Shown here: one piece after another, positions 18,659 through 28,046 of the stretch | Layout: each line of letters starts with the position of its first letter | Numbering within the stretch: the stretch's first letter is position 1 | NCBI GenBank assembly: GCA_964514975.1 | Contig: CAZESS010000003.1 | Location: 1-64,000, forward strand | Length of the DNA stretch: 64,000 nucleotides | Source: an uncultured Thermoplasmatales archaeon | Lineage (GTDB): Archaea > Thermoplasmatota > E2 > UBA202 > DSCA01 | Direction: 5' to 3' | Notes under the pieces: model-generated | What the model was told of the DNA's origin: nothing | Database searches by the model: none | Seen by the model: only the letters and a program-made list of their open reading frames with translations | Program-made: the position numbers and the translations under genes

Positions 18659-20473
18659 ATGGTAGATACACCACAGGCCGGAGGCATCCTGCTCGCAATA
18701 TTGTTGATACTGTCCGCATGCACGGCCATCGCGCCGGTGGCGGAGGCCCATCCCCCGTCGGAGATGGAGCTCTCCTATGACCTGGAAAATCAGACGCTTA
18801 CCGTCACCGTAACCCATGTCACCATCGAGCCGCAGTCACACCGCGTCTATCTGGTGGAGATGGAAAAAAACGGCGAGCTGTATCTTGACCGGGGATACGA
18901 CGAGCAGCCGGACAACACATTTACAGACACATACAATGTGGAAGCACAGGTCGGCGACGTGCTGACTGTCACCGCCTACTGCAGCCTCTACGGCTCCGTT
19001 ACAAAGTCGCTGAGCGTGAGCGGCGGCGAGCCCGACGTCCGCATCGAAGATGTCAGCGGCGGCATCGGGGTCAGCGTTTCCATTGCCAACATCGGCGACG
19101 GCGACGCCCGTACCATCGACTGGAGCATCGAGGTGCAGGGAGGGCTGCTCGGCCGGGTAAACCGCAGCACCGGGGGAACCATCGACACCCTGCCCGGCGG
19201 CAGCACGACAACGGTCCGCCTCGGCCCCATCATCGGCTTCGGCCCGTTCACCATCACGGTGCGGGTCGACGACGTCGAGCGCTCCTACCGCGCCTTTGTT
19301 TTGCTGTTCTACACCATCATGCTGCCCGAGGTATCCATCGGCCTGGAGACGGTGGCGGAGGGCTTTACCGCCCCCGTGACAATGGCAGACCCCCCGGACG
19401 GCGAAACACGGTTTTATGTGGCGGAGCAGGATGGCGTCATCTCGGTCGTCGAAAACGGCGAGGTGCTGGACGAGCGCTTCCTCGACCTGTCCGACAGGCT
19501 CGTCGACCTCAACCAGGCCTACGACGAGCGCGGTCTCCTCGGCCTGGCCTTCCATCCTCGCTATCCCGATGACAGGCGCTTCTATGTCTATTACAGCGCT
19601 CCATCCGACATGGAGGACATGGACCATGAGAGCGTCCTGGCAGAATACCGGGTTTCGGATGACCCTGCAAAGGCTGACCCTGCCTCTGAGCGGATACTGC
19701 TCCGCATCGGGGAGCCGGAGGGCAATCACAACGGCGGCCAGCTCGCCTTCGGCCCCGACAGCTATCTCTATGTCGGCGTCGGCGACGGCGGCGGTGCCGG
19801 AGATAAACACGGTGACATCGGCAACAGGCAGAACGTTTCCACGTTGCTCGGCTCGGTGCTGCGCATCGACGTCGACGGCGACCCCTATGATATTCCTGCC
19901 GATAATCCATTTGTGGGCAGCGAGGGACGCGACGAAATCTATGCCTACGGCCTCCGGAATCCCTGGCGGTTTTCGTTTGACCCTGCAACGGAGCGGCTGT
20001 TTCTCGCCGACGTCGGCCAGGACAAATGGGAGGAGGTCGACATCGTGGAAAAGGGCGGCAACTATGGCTGGCGCATCATGGAGGGCACCCACATGTACGA
20101 TGCAGCCTTGGCCGACGAGCTCGGCATCAACATCTCCGAGCTCGAAATGCCCATCAACGAGTACAGCCACGAGGTCGGCCGGAGCGTCACCGGCGGCTAC
20201 GTGTACCGTGGCAGCGCGCTGCCGGACCTCTATGGCACCTATGTGTTCGGGGACTGGAGCAGCAGCTTCGTTCCGCCCCGTGGCTCCCTGTTCTATCTCG
20301 AGGAACGGGAGCCCGGACGGTGGGAGCGCTTCACGCTGGAGCCGGCGGAGCCGTTTAACCGATACCTGCTCGGCTTCGGCCAGGACGAAAACGGGGAGCT
20401 GTACGTGCTGAGCAGCACCTCGCTCGGCCCCGCAGGAACCTCGGGTGACCTTCAGCGCATCGTGGCGCCGTAG
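18659..20473 (+). CDS. Secreted multidomain PQQ-dependent (GSDH-type) sugar dehydrogenase
   Basis: GGAGGT RBS and signal peptide; ERGLLGLAFHP, NHNGG.LAFGPD, YAYGLRNPWR and DVGQ..WEEV motifs; two extra N-terminal domains. Confidence 0.85.
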   Translation: MVDTPQAGGILLAILLILSACTAIAPVAEAHPPSEMELSYDLENQTLTVTVTHVTIEPQSHRVYLVEMEKNGELYLDRGYDEQPDNTFTDTYNVEAQVGDVLTVTAYCSLYGSVTKSLSVSGGEPDVRIEDVSGGIGVSVSIANIGDGDARTIDWSIEVQGGLLGRVNRSTGGTIDTLPGGSTTTVRLGPIIGFGPFTITVRVDDVERSYRAFVLLFYTIMLPEVSIGLETVAEGFTAPVTMADPPDGETRFYVAEQDGVISVVENGEVLDERFLDLSDRLVDLNQAYDERGLLGLAFHPRYPDDRRFYVYYSAPSDMEDMDHESVLAEYRVSDDPAKADPASERILLRIGEPEGNHNGGQLAFGPDSYLYVGVGDGGGAGDKHGDIGNRQNVSTLLGSVLRIDVDGDPYDIPADNPFVGSEGRDEIYAYGLRNPWRFSFDPATERLFLADVGQDKWEEVDIVEKGGNYGWRIMEGTHMYDAALADELGINISELEMPINEYSHEVGRSVTGGYVYRGSALPDLYGTYVFGDWSSSFVPPRGSLFYLEEREPGRWERFTLEPAEPFNRYLLGFGQDENGELYVLSSTSLGPAGTSGDLQRIVAP

Positions 20474-21475
20474 CTATTCCTCGATTAGGTAGTTGATGAC
20501 GTATTCTCCCAGGTCTGCAGCGTATTCACCGACGCGGCGGATGCTCTCGCCGATGTAGCCGATGGAGACAGCTACGGCCCCTTGTTTTTCCAGGGCGATG
20601 GCCTCGATGTCCTCGCACATGTCCTTGAGCCGGCTGACCGACTCGATGTTTTTGTTCGCCGCCGCGATGTCCTTGTTGAAGAAGGCCTCGATGCTCTCGG
20701 AGAACATGTCAAGGGCGACGTTGCCCGCAGTGGTGATGGTGTCGATGGCCTTTGGCTCGAGGTCGTCGTCGACGAGCGCCAGGTTGTTGGACGCGATGGT
20801 GACCGCGTGGTCGCCGATGCGCTCGATGGTCCGGCTGATGAGCGAGTAGTTGGCGCCGTGCTCGGTGTCGAAGCCGAGCGTGTCCGCCAGCAGGACGTCG
20901 CGGGAGACAACGTTGTACTGCCGGGAGATGAGCCAGTGCAGCCGGTCGACGTCGGTGTCCCGGGCGATGACATCCCTGGACATTTCCTCGTCGCTGTAGG
21001 AGAGCGCGAACAGCGCGTCCTTGTGCATGTTGATGACGAGGGAGGTGATGCGCTTGATGGCCTTGTCGAACGGCATCTCGGCGGGGTCGAGCAAATCCTT
21101 GATGGTGAGCGAGGTCGAGGTTTCCTCGATGATTTCGAGGCCGATGGCGTCGCGGATGAAGGCGCGCAGCGTTTCCCGGACCGAGGGCGGGATGCGCTTG
21201 TCCGAGGTGACGATGAAGACGTTGTAGCCCCGGATGTAGGCGCCGAGGAGCATTCTGAACAGGCAGGTGGTGTCGTCGATGCTGCTGACGTCGAATTCCC
21301 TGGTGCGCTGCGCCTGTTCACCGGATATTTTGGTGGTGATGAGCAGGGTCCCGTCCTGCCGGGGGATGACGCCGACCTGGTCGTTTTTTTGGAGGTGTTG
21401 TGTGCGCGCCCAGCTCTTGGGCAGGGAGACGATGAACGATGCGCCGCCGGTTACCTGTACTTTTCGTGTTTCCAT
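20474..21475 (-). CDS. phoU: AbrB-PhoU phosphate uptake regulator
   Basis: N-terminal RKVQVTGG.SFIVSLPK.W (AbrB-like) plus PhoU repeats (D.DVDR, ERIGDHA); divergent from the pst operon. Confidence 0.88.
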   Translation of the reverse strand: METRKVQVTGGASFIVSLPKSWARTQHLQKNDQVGVIPRQDGTLLITTKISGEQAQRTREFDVSSIDDTTCLFRMLLGAYIRGYNVFIVTSDKRIPPSVRETLRAFIRDAIGLEIIEETSTSLTIKDLLDPAEMPFDKAIKRITSLVINMHKDALFALSYSDEEMSRDVIARDTDVDRLHWLISRQYNVVSRDVLLADTLGFDTEHGANYSLISRTIERIGDHAVTIASNNLALVDDDLEPKAIDTITTAGNVALDMFSESIEAFFNKDIAAANKNIESVSRLKDMCEDIEAIALEKQGAVAVSIGYIGESIRRVGEYAADLGEYVINYLIEE

Positions 21476-21489
21476 GTATGGCAATCGGC

Positions 21490-21812
21490 GATATATTTTT
21501 TAATTTTTCTATACTTTTTGTTTTCAAATAGATATACCAATGGAAAGTATATAGGATTATATACCTCTGTCGGCTTTTTTTCTCGGAGTGGCATGGCGAC
21601 ATCTACGATATTGTGACGGATGGTATAGAGCGCTATGGCGTGGTATAGTGGCGTTCCGTCCGCCGAGAGCGGCTGCGCGGAGCATCTCCCCATTGCATCA
21701 CTATGGAGGCAAGGGGGGAACGATTGCCGGCCGCACCGGCACGTGACAGCCATATGTAAAAAGTATATATTAAATATAGAAATATATATGTTATGGCGGC
21801 AAGATATATATG
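21490..21812. promoter_or_regulatory. Divergent promoter region with AT-rich repeats (candidate phosphate-response operators)
   Basis: Palindrome GTATATA-GGAT-TATATAC at 21547-21564; AAAGTATA at 21544, at 21760 and reversed at 21510-21517. Confidence 0.55.
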
Positions 21813-21845
21813 GCGGAAACTTTTACGGGGCATGGTGACTCACTC

Positions 21846-22709
21846 ATGTGGGAAAAAAACCGAAACAAAATAGGAAAAGCAGCGATAGCAATTATAGCAC
21901 TGACGATGTTGACAACGGCATTTGCCGGCTGTCTGGGGGGAGACGACACGACGACCGTCAAGATACAGGGCTCATCAACGGTCTTCCCCATAGCCGACCG
22001 ATGCGCCGAGATATTCAACCAGGAACACGACGACATCCAGGTACAGGTCGGCGCCCCGCCCGTCGGGTCCGGCGGCGGCATCGGCATGCTCGGACAGGGA
22101 CAGGTACACATCGGCGATGCATCAAGAGCAATCAAGCAAAGCGAACGAGATGAATACCCCGACGTCGACTTCACCGACAACCCCGTTGCCGCTGACGGCG
22201 TCGCCGTCATCGTCAGCATGGAGGTCTACGAGACAGGCGTCGAAGGACTGACCTCGGAAGAAGTGAAACAGATATATGATCGCACCGTAACCAACTGGCA
22301 GGCGTTCGGCGGCCCCGACATGGGCATCGCCGTCTACGAGAGAGAAGAAGGCTCCGGCACCCGTGACACCTTCATGGAGGCCATCTACGGCGACGACGAC
22401 ATGACCACCAACGCCACCGCCGCCTACACCAGCAACGCAGAGGTCCAGTCAGCGGTCGGCGAATCAGACAACGGCATCGGCTACGTCGGTCTCGGCTACG
22501 TCGATGACACCAGCACGCCCGCCGTCAAGCTCGATGACGTAGAGCCGACAGAAGACACGATAAAGGACGGAAACTATCCTATCAACCGGCAGCTGCACAT
22601 GTACACCGACGGCGAGCCCAGCGGAGCGGTCAAAACGTTCATCGACTTCGTGAAAAGCGACCGGGGACAGGAAATCGTCGCAGACGAAGGATTCATTCCG
22701 CTGTACTAA
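21846..22709 (+). CDS. pstS: Phosphate ABC transporter substrate-binding lipoprotein
   Basis: Lipobox FAGC; GSSTV.P, GSGGG, ASR and REEGSGTR motifs. Confidence 0.93.
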   Translation: MWEKNRNKIGKAAIAIIALTMLTTAFAGCLGGDDTTTVKIQGSSTVFPIADRCAEIFNQEHDDIQVQVGAPPVGSGGGIGMLGQGQVHIGDASRAIKQSERDEYPDVDFTDNPVAADGVAVIVSMEVYETGVEGLTSEEVKQIYDRTVTNWQAFGGPDMGIAVYEREEGSGTRDTFMEAIYGDDDMTTNATAAYTSNAEVQSAVGESDNGIGYVGLGYVDDTSTPAVKLDDVEPTEDTIKDGNYPINRQLHMYTDGEPSGAVKTFIDFVKSDRGQEIVADEGFIPLY

Positions 22710-22721
22710 AGGGCCTGACCC

Positions 22722-23603
22722 ATGAACCCAACGCTGTCCAGAGAGAATGTCATAAAGTACATGCTCCTAGCGGCAGCATCTTTTTCCGTTTTTATTATTT
22801 TCCTCATCTTCATATATCTCTTCCAGAAAAGCATCCCCGCATTCCAGGAACTCGGCTGGAGCATCCTCAGCCGCAAATACTCGCCGGCCTCAGGCAAATA
22901 CGGCCTCGGCGGTGCCATCGCCGGGTCATTGCTCGTCACCGCCGGCGCACTGACCATCTCCTACCCGCTCGGCATCGGCGGCGGCATATTCCTGTCGGAG
23001 ATAGCCCCGGCCTGGGTGCGCCGCATGCTGAAGCCAATTATCGAAGTGCTCGCAGGCATCCCATCAGTCATCTACGGCTTCCTGGGCGCCGTCCTGCTCG
23101 TGCCGTTCGCCTACAACGCCTTCGACATGCTGCAGGGACAGTCATACTTCGCCGGCGGCATCATCCTCGGCGTGATGACCCTTCCCATCATCATCTCAAT
23201 CAGCGACGACTCGCTCAAGGCCGTGCCCCGGGACATCAAGGACGCCTCCCTGGCGCTGGGCGCCACCCGCTGGACGACCACCAAAAAAATCACGTTTCCA
23301 GCCGCCTCGTCTGGCATCTTCGCCGCGGCGACGCTCGGCGTGGGCAAGGCCATCGGGGAGACCATGGCCGTGCTCATGATCATCAGCGCCACCACCAACG
23401 CACCGATGCCCTGGTTCGACTTCTTTCAGGCGGGCCCCACGCTCACCGCGCTCATCGCCGGGCACATGGGCGAATCAGCCCCCGGCGTGGCGCGGAGCGC
23501 GCTGTTCGCCGCCGGCGTCTTCCTCTTTCTCATCGTGGGGACACTGGCCATCATCACCGACATCATGCAGCAGCGAGTGATAAAGAAGTTCAAGGGGCAG
23601 TAA
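22722..23603 (+). CDS. pstC: Phosphate ABC transporter permease
   Basis: LAGIPSVIYG, ASLALGAT and GETMAV motifs. Confidence 0.93.
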   Translation: MNPTLSRENVIKYMLLAAASFSVFIIFLIFIYLFQKSIPAFQELGWSILSRKYSPASGKYGLGGAIAGSLLVTAGALTISYPLGIGGGIFLSEIAPAWVRRMLKPIIEVLAGIPSVIYGFLGAVLLVPFAYNAFDMLQGQSYFAGGIILGVMTLPIIISISDDSLKAVPRDIKDASLALGATRWTTTKKITFPAASSGIFAAATLGVGKAIGETMAVLMIISATTNAPMPWFDFFQAGPTLTALIAGHMGESAPGVARSALFAAGVFLFLIVGTLAIITDIMQQRVIKKFKGQ

Positions 23604-23605
23604 CC

Positions 23606-24892
23606 ATGGATGACAGGGATATGACAGCGGTACACCGGCGGCTGCGCAGCGGCATCAGACAGGTGCAACCGTCGCAGATACCCTCGCTGGCGGCGCTGCT
23701 GGTCTCCATCGCCGCCGCAGCCGTCGGCTTCACCGCGCTGGCAAAAACCATCGAGCTGGACCCCATCATAGCAGCGGGCTTTTTCCTCACGATGGGCATC
23801 CTGTTTGTCATGGAGGAAATACGGCTGTTTCTCATCGACAGGCGGAAGAGCGTGCGGTTGCTGCTGTACGCCATCACCATGCTGGTGCTCGCATATATGG
23901 TAACGGGGCTCCCGGCTGTCATCGACCTCCGGCATCTCGGCTTTACCGCGGGGCTCACCCGGTTCATCGTCATAAGCGTGGGGCTCATCCTGTTCGGCAT
24001 CGTCGGCGGCGCACTGGCCATCTGCGCGTTCCACAACTTCCGGCCCATCGGCAACCAGCAGGGCGCCTACCTCGTATTGCTGTTCTGCCTGTTCCTGGTG
24101 CTCTACCCGCTCGCCGTCATCATCGGCGAGGTTGTCGTCAACGGGGCACCCGGTCTCTCCTGGGAGTTCATAACCCAGGACATCCGCGACCTGGGCACCA
24201 AGGGCGGCGCGCTGTCGGGCATCATCGGCACGCTGCTGCTCATCACCCTCATCTTCCTCATCGCCGTGCCATTGGGCGTCTGCGCCGCCATCTACCTGCA
24301 GGAATACGCGGGCAAACATTTTCTCACCCGTATCATCAACACCGCGGTGACCGTCCTCCGGGGCGTGCCCTCCATCGTGTTCGGCCTGTTCGCCTTCGCG
24401 GTTTTCGAGCCGATTTTCGGCGCCTCGTTTTTCACCGGCGGGCTCATCCTGAGCGTCTACGCACTGCCCATGATAATCAGGGCGTCAGTCGAAGCCCTGA
24501 AAGGCGTCCCGGAGGAACTGCGTGAGGGAAGCCTCGCGCTTGGAGCATCAAAATGGCAGACCATCCGCCGCGTGGTACTGCCGCCGTCGCTGCCCGGTAT
24601 CATCACCGGCGTGGTGCTCGGCGTCGGCGAGGCAGCCGGGGAGACAGCACCCATCATGTTCTTCGCCACCCTCCGCCTTTCACGGATGCCCCCCAACCCG
24701 CTGACGGATTCGATTACCTCGCTGCAGACCCATCTCTACACGCTGTTCGGGATGCGAGGGCTCGGCGGCGCCGCTGACAAGGCAGCCCGGATGCAGAACG
24801 CATGGTCGATAGCCCTGGTGTTGCTCATCATCATTCTCACCATGAACATCGTCGCGCTCTTCATCAGAGAAAAATACAGACAGGAGTTTTAA
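23606..24892 (+). CDS. pstA: Phosphate ABC transporter permease with N-terminal membrane extension
   Basis: [25 protein letters not shown] and GETAP motifs. Confidence 0.9.
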   Translation: MDDRDMTAVHRRLRSGIRQVQPSQIPSLAALLVSIAAAAVGFTALAKTIELDPIIAAGFFLTMGILFVMEEIRLFLIDRRKSVRLLLYAITMLVLAYMVTGLPAVIDLRHLGFTAGLTRFIVISVGLILFGIVGGALAICAFHNFRPIGNQQGAYLVLLFCLFLVLYPLAVIIGEVVVNGAPGLSWEFITQDIRDLGTKGGALSGIIGTLLLITLIFLIAVPLGVCAAIYLQEYAGKHFLTRIINTAVTVLRGVPSIVFGLFAFAVFEPIFGASFFTGGLILSVYALPMIIRASVEALKGVPEELREGSLALGASKWQTIRRVVLPPSLPGIITGVVLGVGEAAGETAPIMFFATLRLSRMPPNPLTDSITSLQTHLYTLFGMRGLGGAADKAARMQNAWSIALVLLIIILTMNIVALFIREKYRQEF

Positions 24893-24893
24893 C

Positions 24894-25649
24894 ATGGACA
24901 GGAAGGTAGCAACCGAAAACCTCAGCCTGTGGTACGGCACAACGCAGGCGCTCGATGACATCACCATGGAGGTGCCGCAGAACCAGGTGACCGCGCTCAT
25001 CGGGCCGTCGGGATGCGGAAAGTCCACGCTGCTCCGGTGCTTCAACCGGATGAACGACGTTATCCCCAAGTGCCGCATCGAGGGCACCGTCTACTTCGAC
25101 GGGGAGAACATATACTACCAGGGCGTCGACCCGGTGGAAATACGAAAACGCGTCGGCATGGTGTTCCAGAAGCCCAACCCGTTTCCCAAGTCAATCTACG
25201 AAAACATCGCCTACGGCCCCAAAATCCATGGCATCAAAAAAAAGGATGCGCTGGACGGCATCGTCGAGCAGAGCCTCAGGGATGCGGCGCTGTGGACAGA
25301 GGTCAGCGACCGACTGGAAGACAGCGCCATGGGGCTCTCCGGCGGCCAGCAGCAGCGCCTGTGCATCGCCCGGGCCCTAGCCATCGAACCCGAGGTCATC
25401 CTGATGGACGAGCCCTGCTCCGCCCTGGACCCCATCGCGACGGCGAAGATAGAAGACCTGATAAACGAGCTGAAGGTTAACTACACCGTGATCATCGTGA
25501 CCCACAACATGCAGCAGGCGGCCCGGGTGAGCGACCACACGGGCTTCATGTACCTGGGCCGGCTCGTCGAGTTCGGCGACACCGACCAGATATTCGAAAA
25601 CCCTGCAGAGGCACTCACAGAGGAATACATCACGGGACGGTTTGGATAG
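24894..25649 (+). CDS. pstB: Phosphate ABC transporter ATPase
   Basis: [26 protein letters not shown] and YITGRFG motifs. Confidence 0.96.
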   Translation: MDRKVATENLSLWYGTTQALDDITMEVPQNQVTALIGPSGCGKSTLLRCFNRMNDVIPKCRIEGTVYFDGENIYYQGVDPVEIRKRVGMVFQKPNPFPKSIYENIAYGPKIHGIKKKDALDGIVEQSLRDAALWTEVSDRLEDSAMGLSGGQQQRLCIARALAIEPEVILMDEPCSALDPIATAKIEDLINELKVNYTVIIVTHNMQQAARVSDHTGFMYLGRLVEFGDTDQIFENPAEALTEEYITGRFG

Positions 25650-25657
25650 GAGATAAA

Positions 25658-26308
25658 ATGGTAGAAAAATTTCATGATGAACTGGACGAACTCAAGCGAC
25701 AGGTGCTCGACATGGGACACCTGGCAAAGGACATGCTCCACGACGGCGTCGCCTCGCTAAAGCAGCAGGACGTCGAGCTGGCCAATGACGTCTACGGGCG
25801 GAAATACAGGCTGGCGGAGATGGACGAGACCATCGAGGAGGACGCGCTGCGGCTCATCGCGCTCTACCAGCCCATGGCCAAGGACATGCGGAGCATCGGC
25901 TGCTGCCTGAAAATGATAACATATCTGACACGCATCGGCCGCTACGGCAAGGACATCAGCAACATCGCCAAGCAGCTCGCCAATGTCGACCATGTCTCAA
26001 AGCTGGTCAGCCTCCCATACATGGAACAGAAGGCCTGCGGGATGGTCGAGGACGCGCTGCAGGCGTTCAAAACCGAAAACCTGGAGATCATCGAGGATTT
26101 CGAGGACCGCGACGACGACGTCGACGCGCTCCGCTACTCCATCTTCCGGGAATGCATCTCCTACATGGTCGAGGACGCCAAATACATCACCAGGTGCGCC
26201 CATTACATCATGGTTTCCCGGTACATCGAACGCTGCGCCGACCATGCCTGTAAGATAGCCGAAAAGGTTCACTACATGGTCACCGGCGAACGCATAGAGG
26301 TAAGCTAA
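25658..26308 (+). CDS. phoU: Phosphate transport accessory protein PhoU
   Basis: QPMAKDMR, DDDVD and ERCADHA motifs; last gene of the pst operon. Confidence 0.92.
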   Translation: MVEKFHDELDELKRQVLDMGHLAKDMLHDGVASLKQQDVELANDVYGRKYRLAEMDETIEEDALRLIALYQPMAKDMRSIGCCLKMITYLTRIGRYGKDISNIAKQLANVDHVSKLVSLPYMEQKACGMVEDALQAFKTENLEIIEDFEDRDDDVDALRYSIFRECISYMVEDAKYITRCAHYIMVSRYIERCADHACKIAEKVHYMVTGERIEVS

Positions 26309-27976
26309 CTACTCCATCCCGGGGCATTCCCTTGCTACCCCGGTGGCGATGTTTTTGTCGCCGTAGGCGCTGCGATAGTGCTCGGCAAAATCATTGGCGA
26401 TGGCCTGGGCGCGCTCGTCGTAGGCCGCCTTGTCCTTCCAGGTGTTTTTCGGCCACAATAGGTCGTCGGGAACACCGGGGCAGCTTTTGGGTACCATGAC
26501 CTTGAAATAGGGATGCTTCCGGCATGGCACGTCCTCCAGGGTGCCGTCGAGCGCGGCGTCGACCATGCTGCGTGTGTAGTCGATGTCGATGCGGTGGCCC
26601 TCGCCATAGGGCCCGCCGGTCCAGCCGGTGTTGATGAGATACACGTTGGTGCCGTGCTGTTCCATCTTGTCACCGAGCATCTCCGCGTAGGTGTCGGGGT
26701 TGCGGGGCATGAACGGCTCGCCGAAAAACCGGGAGAATACGGATACGGGTTCGTCGATACCGGTTTCGGTGCCGGCGAGCTTGCTGGTATACCCCATCAG
26801 GAACCAGAGCATCGCCTGATGGCGGGTGAGCTTCGCAACGGGAGGCATCACGCCGTTTGCGTCCGCCGTCAGAAACAAAATCGTCGAGGGATGCCCCGCG
26901 GTTGATGAATGCTTGATGTTGGAGAGATAGGTGAGCGGGTAGGATGCCCGGGAGTTCTTGGTAAACCGGTCATCGTTGAAGTCGAAGGTGCCGTCGGGAT
27001 ACACCATGGCGTTTTCCACGATGGAGCCATGCCGGCGGTAGTCGTCGTGGTGCATCACCGCATCATAGATTTCGGGCTCCTTCCCGGGGTCGATGTCTAT
27101 CATCTTCGCGTAGCACCCGTTTTCAAAGTTGGCGACGCCGTCGTCGCTCCATCCGTGTTCGTCGTCGCCGAGCAACGCACGCGATGGGTCGGCGGACAGC
27201 GTGGTCTTGCCCGTGCCCGACAGCCCGAGCAGCAATGCCGCGTCACCAGCAGCGCCCTCGTTGGCGGAGCAGTGCAACGGCAAAATACCCTCGCCGGGCA
27301 GCAGGTAGTTCATCACGGTAAACATGAGTTTTTTGACGGAGCCCATGTAGGCGGAGCCGTAGACCAGGCCGATACGGTTGTCCATGTCCATCGCCACCAG
27401 CATGCCCGATGTGCGACCGTCCTCAAGCGTGCGGAGCTGCCCCTGGTAGCGCTCCCGCGGCAGCTTGTCGTAGGGCAGCGCGATGAACGTGAACGGCTGG
27501 TCAGCGAAGACGCTCTCGTCGATGTCCCCGGGCGTTGGGCGGAACATGTTGTCGGTGAACAGCGCCGTCAGCGCTCTATCCGTGATAGTGGTGACGGGCA
27601 GCGTCCAAGATGACTCGGCGCCGATGGCCCGGTCGGTGACATATACCTGTTCCTTGTCCTCCAGGGTTTGGAGGGCGTCGTGGAGCGCCATCTCGAATGT
27701 CTCGGGGTCGAGCGGGATGTTGTTGGGTGAATCCCAGTCGATGGTGTCCTGGCTCTCTGGCCGACGGACGATCATGGTGTCCTTGGGGCTGCGCCCGGTT
27801 GACTCGGGCGGCGTCCAGGTGGCCAGCGCGCCGCTCTCGCTTATGATCGCCTCGCGTTGGTCGACCGCGTCCTCGATGAGCTGCCGACGGGCGGCGTTGC
27901 GGTACACCTTGGCATGGCCGTCCAGCGTTGCATCCAGGCGGTCTCGCAGGTCATGCGGTGATACTTTTGTGGTCAT
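26309..27976 (-). CDS. pckA: Phosphoenolpyruvate carboxykinase (ATP)
   Basis: TGRSPKD, HCSAN, GLSGTGKTTLS, DDEHGW, NFENGCYAK and NTGWTGG motifs. Confidence 0.95.
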   Translation of the reverse strand: MTTKVSPHDLRDRLDATLDGHAKVYRNAARRQLIEDAVDQREAIISESGALATWTPPESTGRSPKDTMIVRRPESQDTIDWDSPNNIPLDPETFEMALHDALQTLEDKEQVYVTDRAIGAESSWTLPVTTITDRALTALFTDNMFRPTPGDIDESVFADQPFTFIALPYDKLPRERYQGQLRTLEDGRTSGMLVAMDMDNRIGLVYGSAYMGSVKKLMFTVMNYLLPGEGILPLHCSANEGAAGDAALLLGLSGTGKTTLSADPSRALLGDDEHGWSDDGVANFENGCYAKMIDIDPGKEPEIYDAVMHHDDYRRHGSIVENAMVYPDGTFDFNDDRFTKNSRASYPLTYLSNIKHSSTAGHPSTILFLTADANGVMPPVAKLTRHQAMLWFLMGYTSKLAGTETGIDEPVSVFSRFFGEPFMPRNPDTYAEMLGDKMEQHGTNVYLINTGWTGGPYGEGHRIDIDYTRSMVDAALDGTLEDVPCRKHPYFKVMVPKSCPGVPDDLLWPKNTWKDKAAYDERAQAIANDFAEHYRSAYGDKNIATGVARECPGME

Positions 27977-28004
27977 GTGAACACGACGGATGGGAATATG
28001 ATGT

Positions 28005-28043
28005 TTGTATAAAAACTTGTATAAAAAAAGGGAGAGAGGAGAG
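28005..28043 (-). promoter_or_regulatory. icd terminator abutting tandem TATA-like boxes of pckA
   Basis: TTGTATAAAAA occurs at 28005-28015 and 28017-28027; a minus-strand pyrimidine run follows the icd stop. Confidence 0.5.
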
Positions 28044-28046
28044 CTA

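Noticed and set aside
21600-21750. Possible structured ncRNA between the two AT islands upstream of pstS
   Set aside because: Only short GC stems, no tRNA cloverleaf or known riboswitch signature; would need a covariance search.
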